Position numbers and translations under genes: made by a program
Origin: Candidatus Peregrinibacteria bacterium
GTDB taxonomy: Bacteria > Patescibacteriota > Gracilibacteria > UBA1369 > PNNO01
Assembly: GCA_016928915.1 (NCBI GenBank)
Contig: JAFGJT010000009.1
Coordinates: forward strand, 60,347-124,346
DNA length: 64,000 nucleotides
Direction of reading: 5' to 3'
Part shown: positions 10,459 to 20,495 of the stretch, one piece after another
How positions within the stretch are numbered: position 1 is the stretch's first letter
How the letters are laid out: every line of letters begins with the position of its first letter
The notes under the pieces: model-generated
What the model saw: the letters and a program-made list of their open reading frames with translations, nothing else
Databases searched by the model: none
What the model was told of the DNA's origin: nothing

Positions 10459-11139
10459 ATGGATACAATAGTATTAGAAGCAAAAACAAGGGGCAACATC
10501 AGCGCCCTTAATGTGCGCAGACAGGGGTTGATACCCGCTGTTTTTTACGGGAACAAGCAGAAATCGCATAATTTAATGCTTGATTATCAGACTTTTAGAA
10601 GGATTTTTGAAAAAGCCGGACAAAACACCGTGCTTGAGCTTGTAATTGACGGCAAGGACAAGACAAATGTTCTTGTACAGGATCTTCAGTTTGACCCGTT
10701 GTCGGACAAATTTACACACATAGATTTTAAATATGTTGATTTGAATAAAGAGGTCGAAACGGAAGTGCCGATCGAATTTACAGGTGAATCAAAGGCTGTC
10801 CGTGAAATGCAGGGTACGCTTACGAACGCCAAAGACTTTATCACGGTTAAATGTTTGGCAAAATCCATTCCGCATGCGATTATCGTTGATATTTCCATTC
10901 TTGAGGACTTTAACTCGTCAATCAGGGTCGGAGACATAAAACTACCCGAAGGAGTTGTAACAACAGACGATCCTGAACTTGTTATTGTTAATGTTACTCC
11001 GCCGAAAGCCGAGGAAGAAGAAGCTCCGGCACCCACTGAAGGCGAGGCTGCAGCAGCCGAAGGTGAAGCGCAAAGCGGCGCCGAAGGAGAGGCTGCGAAG
11101 GATGAAAAAGCAAAAGAAGCCGCAGATAAAGAGTCTTAA
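10459..11139 (+). CDS. rplY: 50S ribosomal protein bL25 (Ctc form) with acidic low-complexity tail
   Basis: N-terminus LEAKTRGNISALNVRRQGLIPAVFYG with the two-domain Ctc architecture. The C-terminus is an E/A/G-rich tail. Confidence 0.88.
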   Translation: MDTIVLEAKTRGNISALNVRRQGLIPAVFYGNKQKSHNLMLDYQTFRRIFEKAGQNTVLELVIDGKDKTNVLVQDLQFDPLSDKFTHIDFKYVDLNKEVETEVPIEFTGESKAVREMQGTLTNAKDFITVKCLAKSIPHAIIVDISILEDFNSSIRVGDIKLPEGVVTTDDPELVIVNVTPPKAEEEEAPAPTEGEAAAAEGEAQSGAEGEAAKDEKAKEAADKES

Positions 11140-11149
11140 TGCTCTTTCA

Positions 11150-12241
11150 ATGGATATTATGGATCCGAAGAAACGCAAAATTTTATTGATTGCAGGTATT
11201 GCCGGTGCGGTTTTGGTACTGGCGTCAATAATCGTTTGTTTTGTTGTTTTTGCTTTGCCCAAGCCGCAGGAGCCGGCCGATACCGCTGAAAACGGGGAAC
11301 TTATTGAGGATGTCCAGCAGGAAATAGAGCCTAAAAATATTTCATTGATAGAGGGGATTCCCATTGATCAAAATGAAGAAAAAGTGGTTGCGGTTATTAT
11401 AGAAAATTATATTGATTCAAGAAGGCAGATGTCGGGTCTTTCGCAGGCAAGTATGGTTTTTGAGGCTGAAGCAGAGGGAGGCATTACAAGATTTTTGGCG
11501 CTTTATCCGTATCAGGATCTTGAGCGCGTTGGACCGGTAAGGTCAGCCCGCCCGTATTTTGTAAAATGGGCAGAGATGTTTGACGCGGCAATTGTGCATG
11601 CGGGCGGAAGCACAACAGCATTATCCAAAATTTATACAAGCGCAAAAGTTTTTGATTTAGACTGTCTTGCCCTTGAGGGCGGGCTGAAATATTGCGTAAG
11701 AGACTATATTTATTATGCTCCTCATAATCTTTTTGCGAATTTAAGTGATTTAAGAGAGCTGATTGAGGAGTATGGATGGAGTAAGCCTTTAACAGCCTCG
11801 TTTCTGCAGTTCGGACCTTTGTCTTCATTTACTTTTGATAACGAAGATAATAATGCTGAAATTATTCATGTTTATTATCCTTTTCCCGAGTATTTTGTAA
11901 AATGGGATTATGACAAAGAAAAAAATATTTATTTAAGAAATCAGGCAGGGGAGCCCCATATTGATAATGGTCATGATACTCAAATTTCAGCCTCCAATGT
12001 TGTGGTTTTATTCACGGAATATTATCCTGTTGATGCGGAGGGGCGTTTATCCATGAAAGTGGAAGGGAGCGGCGAGTTAAATCTGTTCAGGGACGGAAAA
12101 GTAATCGCCGGTACCTGGGAGAAAACGGATGAATCCGCCGGTTTAAAATTTTACGGAGAAAACGGAGCGGAACTTTTGTTTACTCCGGGAAAAACATGGA
12201 TTTGTGTTGTTAATTCCATGTATTCTCTGCAGTTTGAATAA
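11150..12241 (+). CDS. DUF3048 (YerB-like) membrane-anchored protein
   Basis: The start is set at MDIMDPKKRK followed by a TM helix. The DUF3048 core is present (VVAVIIENYIDSRRQMSGLSQASMVFEAEAEGGITRFLALY, GPVRSARPYF). The longer ORF starting at 10979 only reads through the rplY tail in another frame. Confidence 0.8.
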   Translation: MDIMDPKKRKILLIAGIAGAVLVLASIIVCFVVFALPKPQEPADTAENGELIEDVQQEIEPKNISLIEGIPIDQNEEKVVAVIIENYIDSRRQMSGLSQASMVFEAEAEGGITRFLALYPYQDLERVGPVRSARPYFVKWAEMFDAAIVHAGGSTTALSKIYTSAKVFDLDCLALEGGLKYCVRDYIYYAPHNLFANLSDLRELIEEYGWSKPLTASFLQFGPLSSFTFDNEDNNAEIIHVYYPFPEYFVKWDYDKEKNIYLRNQAGEPHIDNGHDTQISASNVVVLFTEYYPVDAEGRLSMKVEGSGELNLFRDGKVIAGTWEKTDESAGLKFYGENGAELLFTPGKTWICVVNSMYSLQFE

Positions 12242-12253
12242 TTTATAGGCAGA

Positions 12254-12535
12254 TCAGTTTACAAGTTCTTCAAGCATTTTTCTCATTTCATTGTATTTTA
12301 ATTCGTTCGCGGCTTTTTCCTTTAATTCCTCCAACCGCTTCTCTCCCATTTCAAAATCAATTGATATATTTACATTGTCTCCGATTTCTATTCCTTCGGG
12401 CAAATATGTTGCGGGCCATGGAATAATTTCTTCATTATTAAGATCGGATACGAAATAAGCGGTACCTTCTTCAACATCAGCCAGCCTGGCCGATATAATG
12501 TTTTTTTGATTTTTTAAATTTTCCATAGGCGCCAT
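12254..12535 (-). CDS. Small DUF3006-like protein (93 aa), translationally coupled to the H+-PPase gene
   Basis: Its start lies 1 nt after the hppA stop. The pattern ...RLADVEEGTAYFVSD...PATYLPEGIEIGDNVNI resembles DUF3006. The family assignment is tentative. Confidence 0.55.
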   Translation of the reverse strand: MAPMENLKNQKNIISARLADVEEGTAYFVSDLNNEEIIPWPATYLPEGIEIGDNVNISIDFEMGEKRLEELKEKAANELKYNEMRKMLEELVN

Positions 12536-12536
12536 A

Positions 12537-14618
12537 TTAACTCCAAATCACAACTCCTGCAATCAAAGGTGCGATAATTAATGAAATAGTGTTGATAACT
12601 TTTATCAACGCGTTTAGTGCCGGGCCTGCCGTGTCTTTATAAGGGTCGCCAACAGTATCGCCGACTATTGCCGCTTTATGCGCATCCGAGCCTTTTCCGC
12701 CGTATTTTCCGCTTTCAATATGCTTTTTTGCGTTATCCCAGGCTCCTCCTCCGGTACACATTGTAATTGCCTGAAGGAATCCAACAACTATTACGCCCGC
12801 CAGCACTCCGCCGAGGCTTAAAGGTCCCAAAAATACACCAACCAGAATAGGAGTGGCAATAGCAAGAATACCCGGGAATATCATTTCTTTAAGAGCGGCT
12901 TTTGTTACGATATCAACGCATTTGCCATATTCGGGCTGTGCTTTTCCGGTCATAATACCCTTTATTTCCCTAAATTGTCTTCTTACTTCAAGAACCACTT
13001 TATGGGCGGCTTTTCCAACTGATTCCATTAATGAAGAAGCGAATAAAAATGGGAGCAAGCCTCCAATAAACAGACCTATCATTACTCTGTAATCCGTAAT
13101 GCTAAAAACAAATTCATTGTTTGAAGCTTTTGCAAGTTCTTCGGTATATGCCTGAAACAGAACAAGAGCAGCCAGAGCCGCGGATCCGATTGCGTAGCCT
13201 TTTGTAACCGCTTTTGTTGTGTTGCCTACAGCATCAAGGGTATCGGTATTATGCCTTGCCGTCTCCGGAAGTTTTGCCATTTCCGCAATTCCGCCAGCGT
13301 TATCGGTAATAGGTCCGTAGGAGTCTGTGGCAATCACAATTCCCGTTGTTGAAAGCATAGCCACGGCAGCGATTGCTATACCGTATATGCCGTTTTGTGC
13401 TGATGACGCTTCTCCAAAGAAATATGCAATAATAATGGCGGTAACAATTAAAATTATCGGAAGGAATGTTGATTCCAAGCCAACCGCAAGACCCGCAATA
13501 ACATTTGTTCCCGCTCCTGTTTCTGAAGCTTTCGCTATTTTTTTAACGGGATTATATTTTGTGGACGTGTAGTATTCGGTAATAACATTAATAAACAGTG
13601 TAACAACCAAACCAACCAAAGCTGCGTAGAATATGTTCAGGTCCCCGATTAAATTTTGAGTGACAAAGTAGAATCCAACTGCCGAAAGCAGACCGGTAAC
13701 AATCATTCCTATATATAAAGCACCCATTATATTTTTACTTTTTTTGCCCAGCCTTACAAACCATGTGCCGATAATTGAAGCAATAACAGCTACAGCGCCG
13801 AGGGCCATCGGGAATTCTATTCCGGCTACACCCAATGTATCTGTTAATGTTGATGCCGCAAGAATCATTGCCGCGATCAGCGTAACAGCATAGGTTTCAA
13901 AAAGATCGGCTCCCATTCCTGCACAGTCTCCCACGTTGTCTCCAACATTATCAGCAATAACAGCGGGATTTCTTGGATCATCCTCCGGAATATTTTTTTC
14001 AATTTTTCCGACAAGATCGGCTCCAACATCGGCGGCTTTTGTATAAATTCCGCCGCCCACACGGGCAAATAATGAAATCAATGAAGCTCCGAAGCCGAAT
14101 CCTATAAGCAGGTTCGGTACGTTTCCCTCAGGAATATTTAATAATCTAGTAAAAACAAAATAAAAACCGGCAACTCCCAAAAGCGCAAGCCCCACAACGG
14201 CCAGACCAGTAACGGACCCTCCCTTAAAGGCAACGCTTAAGGCTCTATGCAAGGAGCTTTTTGCCGCTTCGGCGGTTCGCACGTTCGCTCTTACTGAAAC
14301 ACTCATACCTATATAACCGGCAAGCATAGAAAAAATTGCACCCACAAAAAATCCGACAGCAATTAAAATACCGTTATTGTAATCGCCATGAGGAATTGTA
14401 TAAGCAAGCACCAAAAAGACTAAAATCGTAAAAAACAGAACCGTTAAAGACTGCCTGTGCAGATATGCTGAGGCGCCTTCCTGAATTGATTTTGCAATTG
14501 CCTGCATTTTTTGCGTTCCAGCTTTATACATCAGAACATTAATAATAAGACCCGCTGCGTATAAAAGAGCGATTACGCTTACCGCAATTGAAATTACAGA
14601 GATGTCCATGAAATTCAT
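12537..14618 (-). CDS. hppA: K+-independent H+-translocating membrane pyrophosphatase
   Basis: 693 aa and polytopic, with [18 protein letters not shown] and [16 protein letters not shown] motifs. GNTTKA (Lys rather than Ala) marks the K+-insensitive class. Confidence 0.95.
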   Translation of the reverse strand: MNFMDISVISIAVSVIALLYAAGLIINVLMYKAGTQKMQAIAKSIQEGASAYLHRQSLTVLFFTILVFLVLAYTIPHGDYNNGILIAVGFFVGAIFSMLAGYIGMSVSVRANVRTAEAAKSSLHRALSVAFKGGSVTGLAVVGLALLGVAGFYFVFTRLLNIPEGNVPNLLIGFGFGASLISLFARVGGGIYTKAADVGADLVGKIEKNIPEDDPRNPAVIADNVGDNVGDCAGMGADLFETYAVTLIAAMILAASTLTDTLGVAGIEFPMALGAVAVIASIIGTWFVRLGKKSKNIMGALYIGMIVTGLLSAVGFYFVTQNLIGDLNIFYAALVGLVVTLFINVITEYYTSTKYNPVKKIAKASETGAGTNVIAGLAVGLESTFLPIILIVTAIIIAYFFGEASSAQNGIYGIAIAAVAMLSTTGIVIATDSYGPITDNAGGIAEMAKLPETARHNTDTLDAVGNTTKAVTKGYAIGSAALAALVLFQAYTEELAKASNNEFVFSITDYRVMIGLFIGGLLPFLFASSLMESVGKAAHKVVLEVRRQFREIKGIMTGKAQPEYGKCVDIVTKAALKEMIFPGILAIATPILVGVFLGPLSLGGVLAGVIVVGFLQAITMCTGGGAWDNAKKHIESGKYGGKGSDAHKAAIVGDTVGDPYKDTAGPALNALIKVINTISLIIAPLIAGVVIWS

Positions 14619-14809
14619 GTTTTTATCAAAGTTAAAAATAAAAAAAATGTCCGCAAGAAATAGTAGCTTTTACATTACAAAAAACCAATATTTTTTCCTA
14701 AGAATGATTTGCATGATTGTTTGATTTGTTGGGCAGTTTAAGAGAATTATTTCACTTTATTGAAAATTTGGTTTACAATCCATTTAGTTTATTCCTTAAT
14801 TAAAGTTTT

Positions 14810-15538
14810 ATGGAAACACACGAACACCAAAAGGGGCCTGATATTCAAAAGGAATTAAAGACCCACCTTTCCGGCGCCGCTGAAACATTTAAAGATCTTA
14901 AATCGAGCGGCAAATTCAATTTCGGCAAGGAATTTATGAATGCTATTGAAATTTTAAAGCTCAACGGCAAAAAAATGGAGGAAGTTGCCGGGAACAAATC
15001 AGCCGCGCTTCCCGCCCTTTTATTTATTTTAATAGGAGCGCTTGCTTTTCATATAGGTATTTATTTCTTTTTTGCAAATATGATGAGGGGGCTTGGAGGC
15101 CTTGTGGGGATGAGCGGTTTTTCGGTTGCAATTCCGATTTTTGATCTGTTGATTTCATTTGTTTTATTGTCCGTAATGACAATTGTTGGGATTTTTATAT
15201 ATGATTTTGTTGGAAGCACGTTTTTTAAGGGTCACGGAAAATTCGGAGAATTGTTCAGGGTCCTTGGTTACGCAAATCTTGTTATGATTGTGTCAATATT
15301 TATGCAGATAGGTTTTATTGGCGGCATATGGCTTCTTGTTGTTTCATATATTGCGTTGACAAAAATTAAAAAACTTAATACCACAAATACGGTTTTAACA
15401 ATGATCATCAGTTTGGTGGCAGTTGCCGTATTAAGTTATCTTGTTAATCTGCTTTTTGTTAATGTTTTGCACTGGGGAGGTATGTTCAGTATGTATAATT
15501 CTGAATTTTATCAAATGATGAACATGAGATTTTATTAA
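14810..15538 (+). CDS. Hypothetical polytopic membrane protein (Yip1-like topology)
   Basis: 242 aa with a soluble N-terminus followed by about 5 hydrophobic helices. It is followed by a strong terminator. Confidence 0.6.
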   Translation: METHEHQKGPDIQKELKTHLSGAAETFKDLKSSGKFNFGKEFMNAIEILKLNGKKMEEVAGNKSAALPALLFILIGALAFHIGIYFFFANMMRGLGGLVGMSGFSVAIPIFDLLISFVLLSVMTIVGIFIYDFVGSTFFKGHGKFGELFRVLGYANLVMIVSIFMQIGFIGGIWLLVVSYIALTKIKKLNTTNTVLTMIISLVAVAVLSYLVNLLFVNVLHWGGMFSMYNSEFYQMMNMRFY

Positions 15539-15551
15539 TTTTTTCACACTT

Positions 15552-15597
15552 AAACCCTGAAATTATGGCGATTTCTCCTTAATTTCAGGGTTTTTTT
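15552..15597 (+). terminator. Rho-independent terminator
   Basis: A perfect 14-bp stem AAACCCTGAAATTA/TAATTTCAGGGTTT with a 14-nt loop. The T-run continues to 15597. Confidence 0.8.
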
Positions 15598-15631
15598 ATG
15601 GTATAATAATAAGAAATATAATTGAGTTTTT

Positions 15632-17146
15632 ATGGCTGACGAAGGATCAAATCCAATACAAGGCGTAAATGACCCCCTTAATCAGGGCGGCGCTTCGGCA
15701 CCTAAAAAAAGAAGGAGAAGAAGGCCGAGAAGAAAGAAAAAGAAAATTACAGCTCCCGAAATTCAGGTTGCGGGGCTGGATATGCAGGAGCCTTTGCAGC
15801 CTGCGGAGCCTGTTGCTCCGCCGGTTATTGAAGAATTGCCCGAGGTTCCTTTGGAAGAACCGTCGGCTTTTGATGAGATTGCCGAGCCGGAACTCGAGCC
15901 GGAACCTGAGCCGGAACCCGAACCGGAACCTGAACCTGAGCCTGAACTTGAGCCGGAACCGGAACCGGAACCTTTTGAACCGGTCGAACCCGAAACACAG
16001 CCCGAAGAACCCGCGGAAAACGAGCCTCCGCTTCCTGTTTTGTCGCCGGAAGACGCAAACAAACCTGTCGGGTGGGACTCTCTTAAAGATGCAATCAAAC
16101 AGGATCATGAAATAACAAAACAACAGCTTGAAAAAGGATCGATAGGTGTGGCGGCCGCTTCAGCGGGAATGGCAGCCGCGGAAAAAGAAGAAAAGGTTAT
16201 TGCTGTTCAGCCCGAGAAAAAGGAAATTCCAAAGCCGGCTGTCGAGGAAGATGATGAAAAAAAAGAAGTAATCAGGATTATTACAAAATATGCCATAGGC
16301 GGATGTGTTGTGCTTGCGATTTTGGCAGCTCTGTTTTTATTTAAACTTCCGCAGCTTGCCTTTGATGCTGTAATGAAATTTTTTGCGGGTTCTCCTGTTC
16401 AGCAGGAACAAACACAGCAGGATGATGTTGTTATTCCAAAGGTACCAACCGGAATGACCGGAGGTGTTCAGTCTTCTGTTTTAGCGGGTGAAAATAAAGC
16501 AACCGGCAAAGAGCAGTTTGAACAGGGTATTCAGACGGCATTAATAACGGGAACAGATACCCCGACCGAAAGGGTTTCAAGCTCGGCTGTGAAAACATCT
16601 TTTATGATCGGGAAAAAGGGAGAACAGCAGTTGGATCAGGATAAAATTGCATCTTACATGAAAGTATTAACAAGGCTTCACAATGCTTTTAAAACCGATA
16701 TACATGAGCTTTTGGGCAAAGCAGCGGACCGTGAAATTGCTTTGGAAGAGCATATACGGCAACTTGAAATTGTTCAGAGGGAAGCGCTGGAGACACAGTA
16801 TCAAATAAATGAAAGAATGGACGAAATTAAGGTTGAATATAATCAGGTAAACACTTTAAAGGCTCAGTATGAAAAGGATTTTTTTAGCGCAATGGACAAG
16901 CTTGAAGGCACCGAAGCAAACGATCTGCTTGTTAAATTTATTGAAGTTTCCAAAAGATATACTGATTTAAGGGCTCAGTACAGCGCTCTGGAAAAAACAA
17001 AGAAGCTGTTTGAAACCGCCGTAAGCAATATGGAGGCCAGAATAAAAGATATTCAGTTTAACCGTCCGGCACTGATTAAGGGTGTGCAGGTTGTTGATAT
17101 TAAGGGGTCCGATTTGGAGTTGATTATCCAGGAATCGGAGCTTTGA
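15632..17146 (+). CDS. Hypothetical bitopic protein: polybasic N-terminus, (E-P)n repeat, single TM, coiled-coil C-terminal half
   Basis: 504 aa. KKRRRRRPRRKKKK, then EPELEPEPEPEPEPEPEPEPELEPEPEPEP, a TM helix (GGCVVLAILAALFLF), and a heptad-rich C-terminus. Ends in TGA. Confidence 0.7.
   Translation: MADEGSNPIQGVNDPLNQGGASAPKKRRRRRPRRKKKKITAPEIQVAGLDMQEPLQPAEPVAPPVIEELPEVPLEEPSAFDEIAEPELEPEPEPEPEPEPEPEPELEPEPEPEPFEPVEPETQPEEPAENEPPLPVLSPEDANKPVGWDSLKDAIKQDHEITKQQLEKGSIGVAAASAGMAAAEKEEKVIAVQPEKKEIPKPAVEEDDEKKEVIRIITKYAIGGCVVLAILAALFLFKLPQLAFDAVMKFFAGSPVQQEQTQQDDVVIPKVPTGMTGGVQSSVLAGENKATGKEQFEQGIQTALITGTDTPTERVSSSAVKTSFMIGKKGEQQLDQDKIASYMKVLTRLHNAFKTDIHELLGKAADREIALEEHIRQLEIVQREALETQYQINERMDEIKVEYNQVNTLKAQYEKDFFSAMDKLEGTEANDLLVKFIEVSKRYTDLRAQYSALEKTKKLFETAVSNMEARIKDIQFNRPALIKGVQVVDIKGSDLELIIQESEL
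15884..15972 (+). repeat. Imperfect GAR-CCN hexanucleotide tandem repeat encoding (Glu-Pro)n
   Basis: gagccggaa... units are visible directly. Stop codons are absent in most frames here, which explains the pile of overlapping spurious ORFs in the track. Confidence 0.9.
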
Positions 17147-17194
17147 TGAAAATTGACATTTGACCGGCGCGTTTTGACGTGTGAAAATTGAATC

Positions 17195-18931
17195 ATGCAG
17201 AGTCCTTTATTAAGTTTACATAAAAGAATACGCGAATATTCAAAAAATATTTCTGAAAAGAAAATTCAGAATGTTTATGAATTTGCGGAAGAATCCCTTA
17301 AAGGATTTAAACGTATGTCCGGAGAGGGCGTTATTAATCATGTTCTTGAAACAGCAAAAATTTTATCAATATTAAAGGTTGATGAATCTACTTTAATGGC
17401 CGCTTTACTTCATGAAATTCCGCAGTATACGGATTATAAGATCATTGATCTTGAAAAAAGGTTCGGACCCGAAGTTGCAAGGCTTGTTGCAGCGTTTGAA
17501 AAAATCGGAAAGGTTAAAGCCGTTTCGCATAATGCTGAAACAGAAATGGATTCTTTGCGAAAAATGTTTCTTGCCATGGCCAAAGATTTACGGGTGGTTT
17601 TAATTAAACTTGCCGACAGAATTCATAATCTTCAGACACTGCACTATCTGTCTTTGTCAAAACAAAAAAAAATAGCGCGCGAAACAATGGAAATATTTGT
17701 TCCAATCGCATCAAGGCTCGGGGTTTACACTTTAAGATCAACACTTGAGGATTTGTGCTTTAAATATTTAAATGAACGTGAATATAAAAATATACAGGAA
17801 CAGCTAAAGAGACTCGGCAAGAAGAGAAAGCACTCGATTGATGAGATCACCGCTATTATAAGCGGGTTTATAGCGGATCACGGATTTAAAGGTTCGGTTT
17901 CGGGCAGATTTAAAAATACTTACAGTATTTATAAAAAGCTTAAGAAAAAAGGAAAAACATCCATTGATGACATTCATGATATTTTTGCGTTAAGAATTAT
18001 TTTAAACAGCGATGTTCCGGAACTTTATAAGCTAATCGGTCATCTTCATAATAAATGGAAACCGCTTCCCGGAAGATTTAAGGATTATATCGGTTTTCCA
18101 AAACCAAACGGCTACAGGAGCCTTCATACAACAATAATCGGACTTGCTCCACATTCGCATAAAGAGCCCGTTGAAATTCAGATCCGAACAGACCGCATGC
18201 ACGAAGAAGCAGAATATGGCATTGCATCTCACTGGCTTTACAAGGAAACAAAAGGCAATTCCGGTGAAAGCAAACAGAAAGCACAGATTGAATGGATAAA
18301 AAGTCTTGCCAATCTTGATGCTGTCAATTCGTTGAAATTGGATTTTTTTCAGGACAGAATATTTGTTTTTACCCCCAAAGGAGAAGTTAAAGATCTGCCT
18401 AAAGGTGCGACGCCAATAGATTTTGCGTATTCCGTTCATTCGGATCTGGGCGATAAGTGCGTTATGGCAAAAATTCACGGATGTATAGTACCGCTGAGCT
18501 ATAAACTAAATAACGGCGAGATTGTTGAAATAATCACGAAAGTTAATGCCGCACCCAAGCTTGAATGGCTTTCGTTTGTTAAAACTCACGGAGCAAAATA
18601 TAAAATAAAGGCTTTTTTTAAGGATTATTTTGAAAAAGAAGAACCAAAAGAATCAATAAGAGCAAAAACAACTCCCGAAAAGAATGAAAAAAAATTGTAT
18701 AAAACAATGCCCGTTAAACCTGCCGGAGACCTTTCAAAAAGGGTTATTGTAGGTGGTGAAAAGGGGCTTCCCGTTAAATTCGCCATGTGCTGCAGGCCAA
18801 AATATAAAATGCCCATAGCAGGATACATTACAAGAGGGTCCGCTATCACAATTCATAGAAAAGACTGCAAGGTTTATAAAACCAGCTGCTCAAAAAGGCA
18901 TATATACGCTAAATGGGACAATATTCGTTAA
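17195..18931 (+). CDS. RelA/SpoT-homolog (p)ppGpp synthetase with a degenerate hydrolase motif
   Basis: An HD-like N-domain, a synthetase core (GRFKNTYSIYKKL, YRSLHTTI, EIQIRTDRMHEEAEYG) and a TGS domain (IFVFTPKGEVKDLPKGATPIDFAY). The hydrolase HDxxED motif reads HEIPQY. Confidence 0.9.
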   Translation: MQSPLLSLHKRIREYSKNISEKKIQNVYEFAEESLKGFKRMSGEGVINHVLETAKILSILKVDESTLMAALLHEIPQYTDYKIIDLEKRFGPEVARLVAAFEKIGKVKAVSHNAETEMDSLRKMFLAMAKDLRVVLIKLADRIHNLQTLHYLSLSKQKKIARETMEIFVPIASRLGVYTLRSTLEDLCFKYLNEREYKNIQEQLKRLGKKRKHSIDEITAIISGFIADHGFKGSVSGRFKNTYSIYKKLKKKGKTSIDDIHDIFALRIILNSDVPELYKLIGHLHNKWKPLPGRFKDYIGFPKPNGYRSLHTTIIGLAPHSHKEPVEIQIRTDRMHEEAEYGIASHWLYKETKGNSGESKQKAQIEWIKSLANLDAVNSLKLDFFQDRIFVFTPKGEVKDLPKGATPIDFAYSVHSDLGDKCVMAKIHGCIVPLSYKLNNGEIVEIITKVNAAPKLEWLSFVKTHGAKYKIKAFFKDYFEKEEPKESIRAKTTPEKNEKKLYKTMPVKPAGDLSKRVIVGGEKGLPVKFAMCCRPKYKMPIAGYITRGSAITIHRKDCKVYKTSCSKRHIYAKWDNIR

Positions 18932-19529
18932 GCGATCTGGTAAGGTTTTCAAGAGTGATTTTATCGTTTTCGTTAAGGGATAATCTTAATATGTCTTTGT
19001 AATTATTTGTAAGAATAAATTTTAAAAGTTTTTTAAACCGCAGGTCGTCATTTCCGAATTCGGTTTCTTCAATACAGTAAATATCGGGCATTATACCGGT
19101 GAGGTTAAACAGTTTTATTTTAAAAGCTTCAAAAACAAGATTTTCACAATTATATTTATCAAATGCGTCGAATGTTTGTATAAGAAGGCTGTACATGTCT
19201 TCGCAGTTTTCATTTTCGGTTTCAAAAGCTTTAATTATTTTTGCGGTTTCGGACGCGTAATAAAATTTCCCGAGATTTTCCCTGAATGAAGGAAAAGAAG
19301 ATTTAAGGCTGCATTCTGTTATTGTATAGCTTTTTGGGCTCTGATAAAGCTGGAAATCGCAAATGTTAAGCAAATCAAGATGTCCGGTGAATTTGCTTGA
19401 TATCTGTTTTGCGCCTCTTGCGCCAGCCTGTATTTTGCCGTAAAAAGGAGTAAAAATAGTCACCGAATAATCATGTTCTCCAACAGCCCTTTTGTTTATA
19501 ATTATACCCTGGATCTTTAGGTTTTTCAT
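18909..19529 (-). CDS. recO: DNA repair protein RecO
   Basis: 206 aa with an N-terminal OB-fold signature (IIINKRAVGEHDYSVTIFTPFYGKIQAGARGAKQ). Its 3' end overlaps the convergent rel gene by 23 nt. Confidence 0.82.
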   Translation of the reverse strand: MKNLKIQGIIINKRAVGEHDYSVTIFTPFYGKIQAGARGAKQISSKFTGHLDLLNICDFQLYQSPKSYTITECSLKSSFPSFRENLGKFYYASETAKIIKAFETENENCEDMYSLLIQTFDAFDKYNCENLVFEAFKIKLFNLTGIMPDIYCIEETEFGNDDLRFKKLLKFILTNNYKDILRLSLNENDKITLENLTRSLNEYCPI

Positions 19530-20495
19530 CTATTCAAGTATTAGTTTGCTTCTTAAATATCTGTACACGGCTATAAAGCTGCAGATTATCCCGATCACTA
19601 TTGATGCGCCGAGTTCGAGCATAAAAACAGCTGCAAGTGGTATTTTGTTTAAGTACTGCACAATGCTTATTTGCGCAATTTGAATCTGTGTAGCCATAAT
19701 TATTATAAGCAGAAACGCTACAATCATTGCGAACATTCCATAAAACATGCCTTCAAATAAAAACGGAAGGCGAATAAAGTTTTTTGTGGCGCCCACAAGC
19801 CGCATTATATAAATTTCTTTTTGTCTTGAATAAATGGTGAGCTGAATTGCGTTTGAAATTATAAGAATAGAACCTGTGATAAAAATAACAAAGACCCAGA
19901 AAATTATTTGGTTTGTTGCATTTGATAGATTAATAAGATTTTTTGTTACAACTTCGGTTGCGGAACTTTGTTTTTCGGCATCACTGACGATGTTGGCAAG
20001 CATATGCCTGTATTTTTCCTGATTTAAGAATTGCTGAACGGCAATATGCAGCTCCGGTTTTTCGGTTGTTACGTTTATGCTGGGCGGCAGTGGATTTTCA
20101 ACGCCGTATCTTTCAAGAAATTCCGCTGTTTTTGGATGCGTTTTTGAAACTATTTCAAGTGCTTCCGTTTTTGACCTGTAAGAAACTCCCGTTACGCCCT
20201 CCAGTTTTTTAAGATCATTTATCATTTCCTGCACCTGGTAGTATTCGCTTGAATCTTTTAAATAAACAACGATATCAACTTTTTGCGTGAGTTCGTCCAG
20301 CGCTGATTTTGCAACATAATTCACCGCCAGCATTATATTGAATATAAAAATCAAAATGCCCATCACAAGAACAGTGGCAATTGTAAGATATTTGTTTCTC
20401 CACATATTTGAAAAACTCAGGTCAAGCGCCCTTCCCGTCATTTCGAAAACGGATTCTTTGTGCTTTTTGTGAAATAAATTATTAAATATCTTCAT
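19530..20495 (-). CDS. ftsX: Cell-division permease-like protein FtsX
   Basis: 321 aa with FtsX topology: TM1, a large extracytoplasmic loop, then 3 C-terminal TMs. Includes IMRLVGATKNFIRLPFLFEG. Confidence 0.85.
   Translation of the reverse strand: MKIFNNLFHKKHKESVFEMTGRALDLSFSNMWRNKYLTIATVLVMGILIFIFNIMLAVNYVAKSALDELTQKVDIVVYLKDSSEYYQVQEMINDLKKLEGVTGVSYRSKTEALEIVSKTHPKTAEFLERYGVENPLPPSINVTTEKPELHIAVQQFLNQEKYRHMLANIVSDAEKQSSATEVVTKNLINLSNATNQIIFWVFVIFITGSILIISNAIQLTIYSRQKEIYIMRLVGATKNFIRLPFLFEGMFYGMFAMIVAFLLIIIMATQIQIAQISIVQYLNKIPLAAVFMLELGASIVIGIICSFIAVYRYLRSKLILE

Noticed and set aside
15647-16123. Four additional long ORFs on both strands (15647-16123, 15669-16115, 15763-16098, 15825-16058) overlap the 5' part of the 504-aa gene.
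   Set aside because: They coincide with the GAR-CCN tandem repeat and the purine-rich basic region, where stop codons are depleted in most frames. Their translations are low-complexity (RF/GS repeats). I treat them as artefacts of repeat composition, not overlapping genes.
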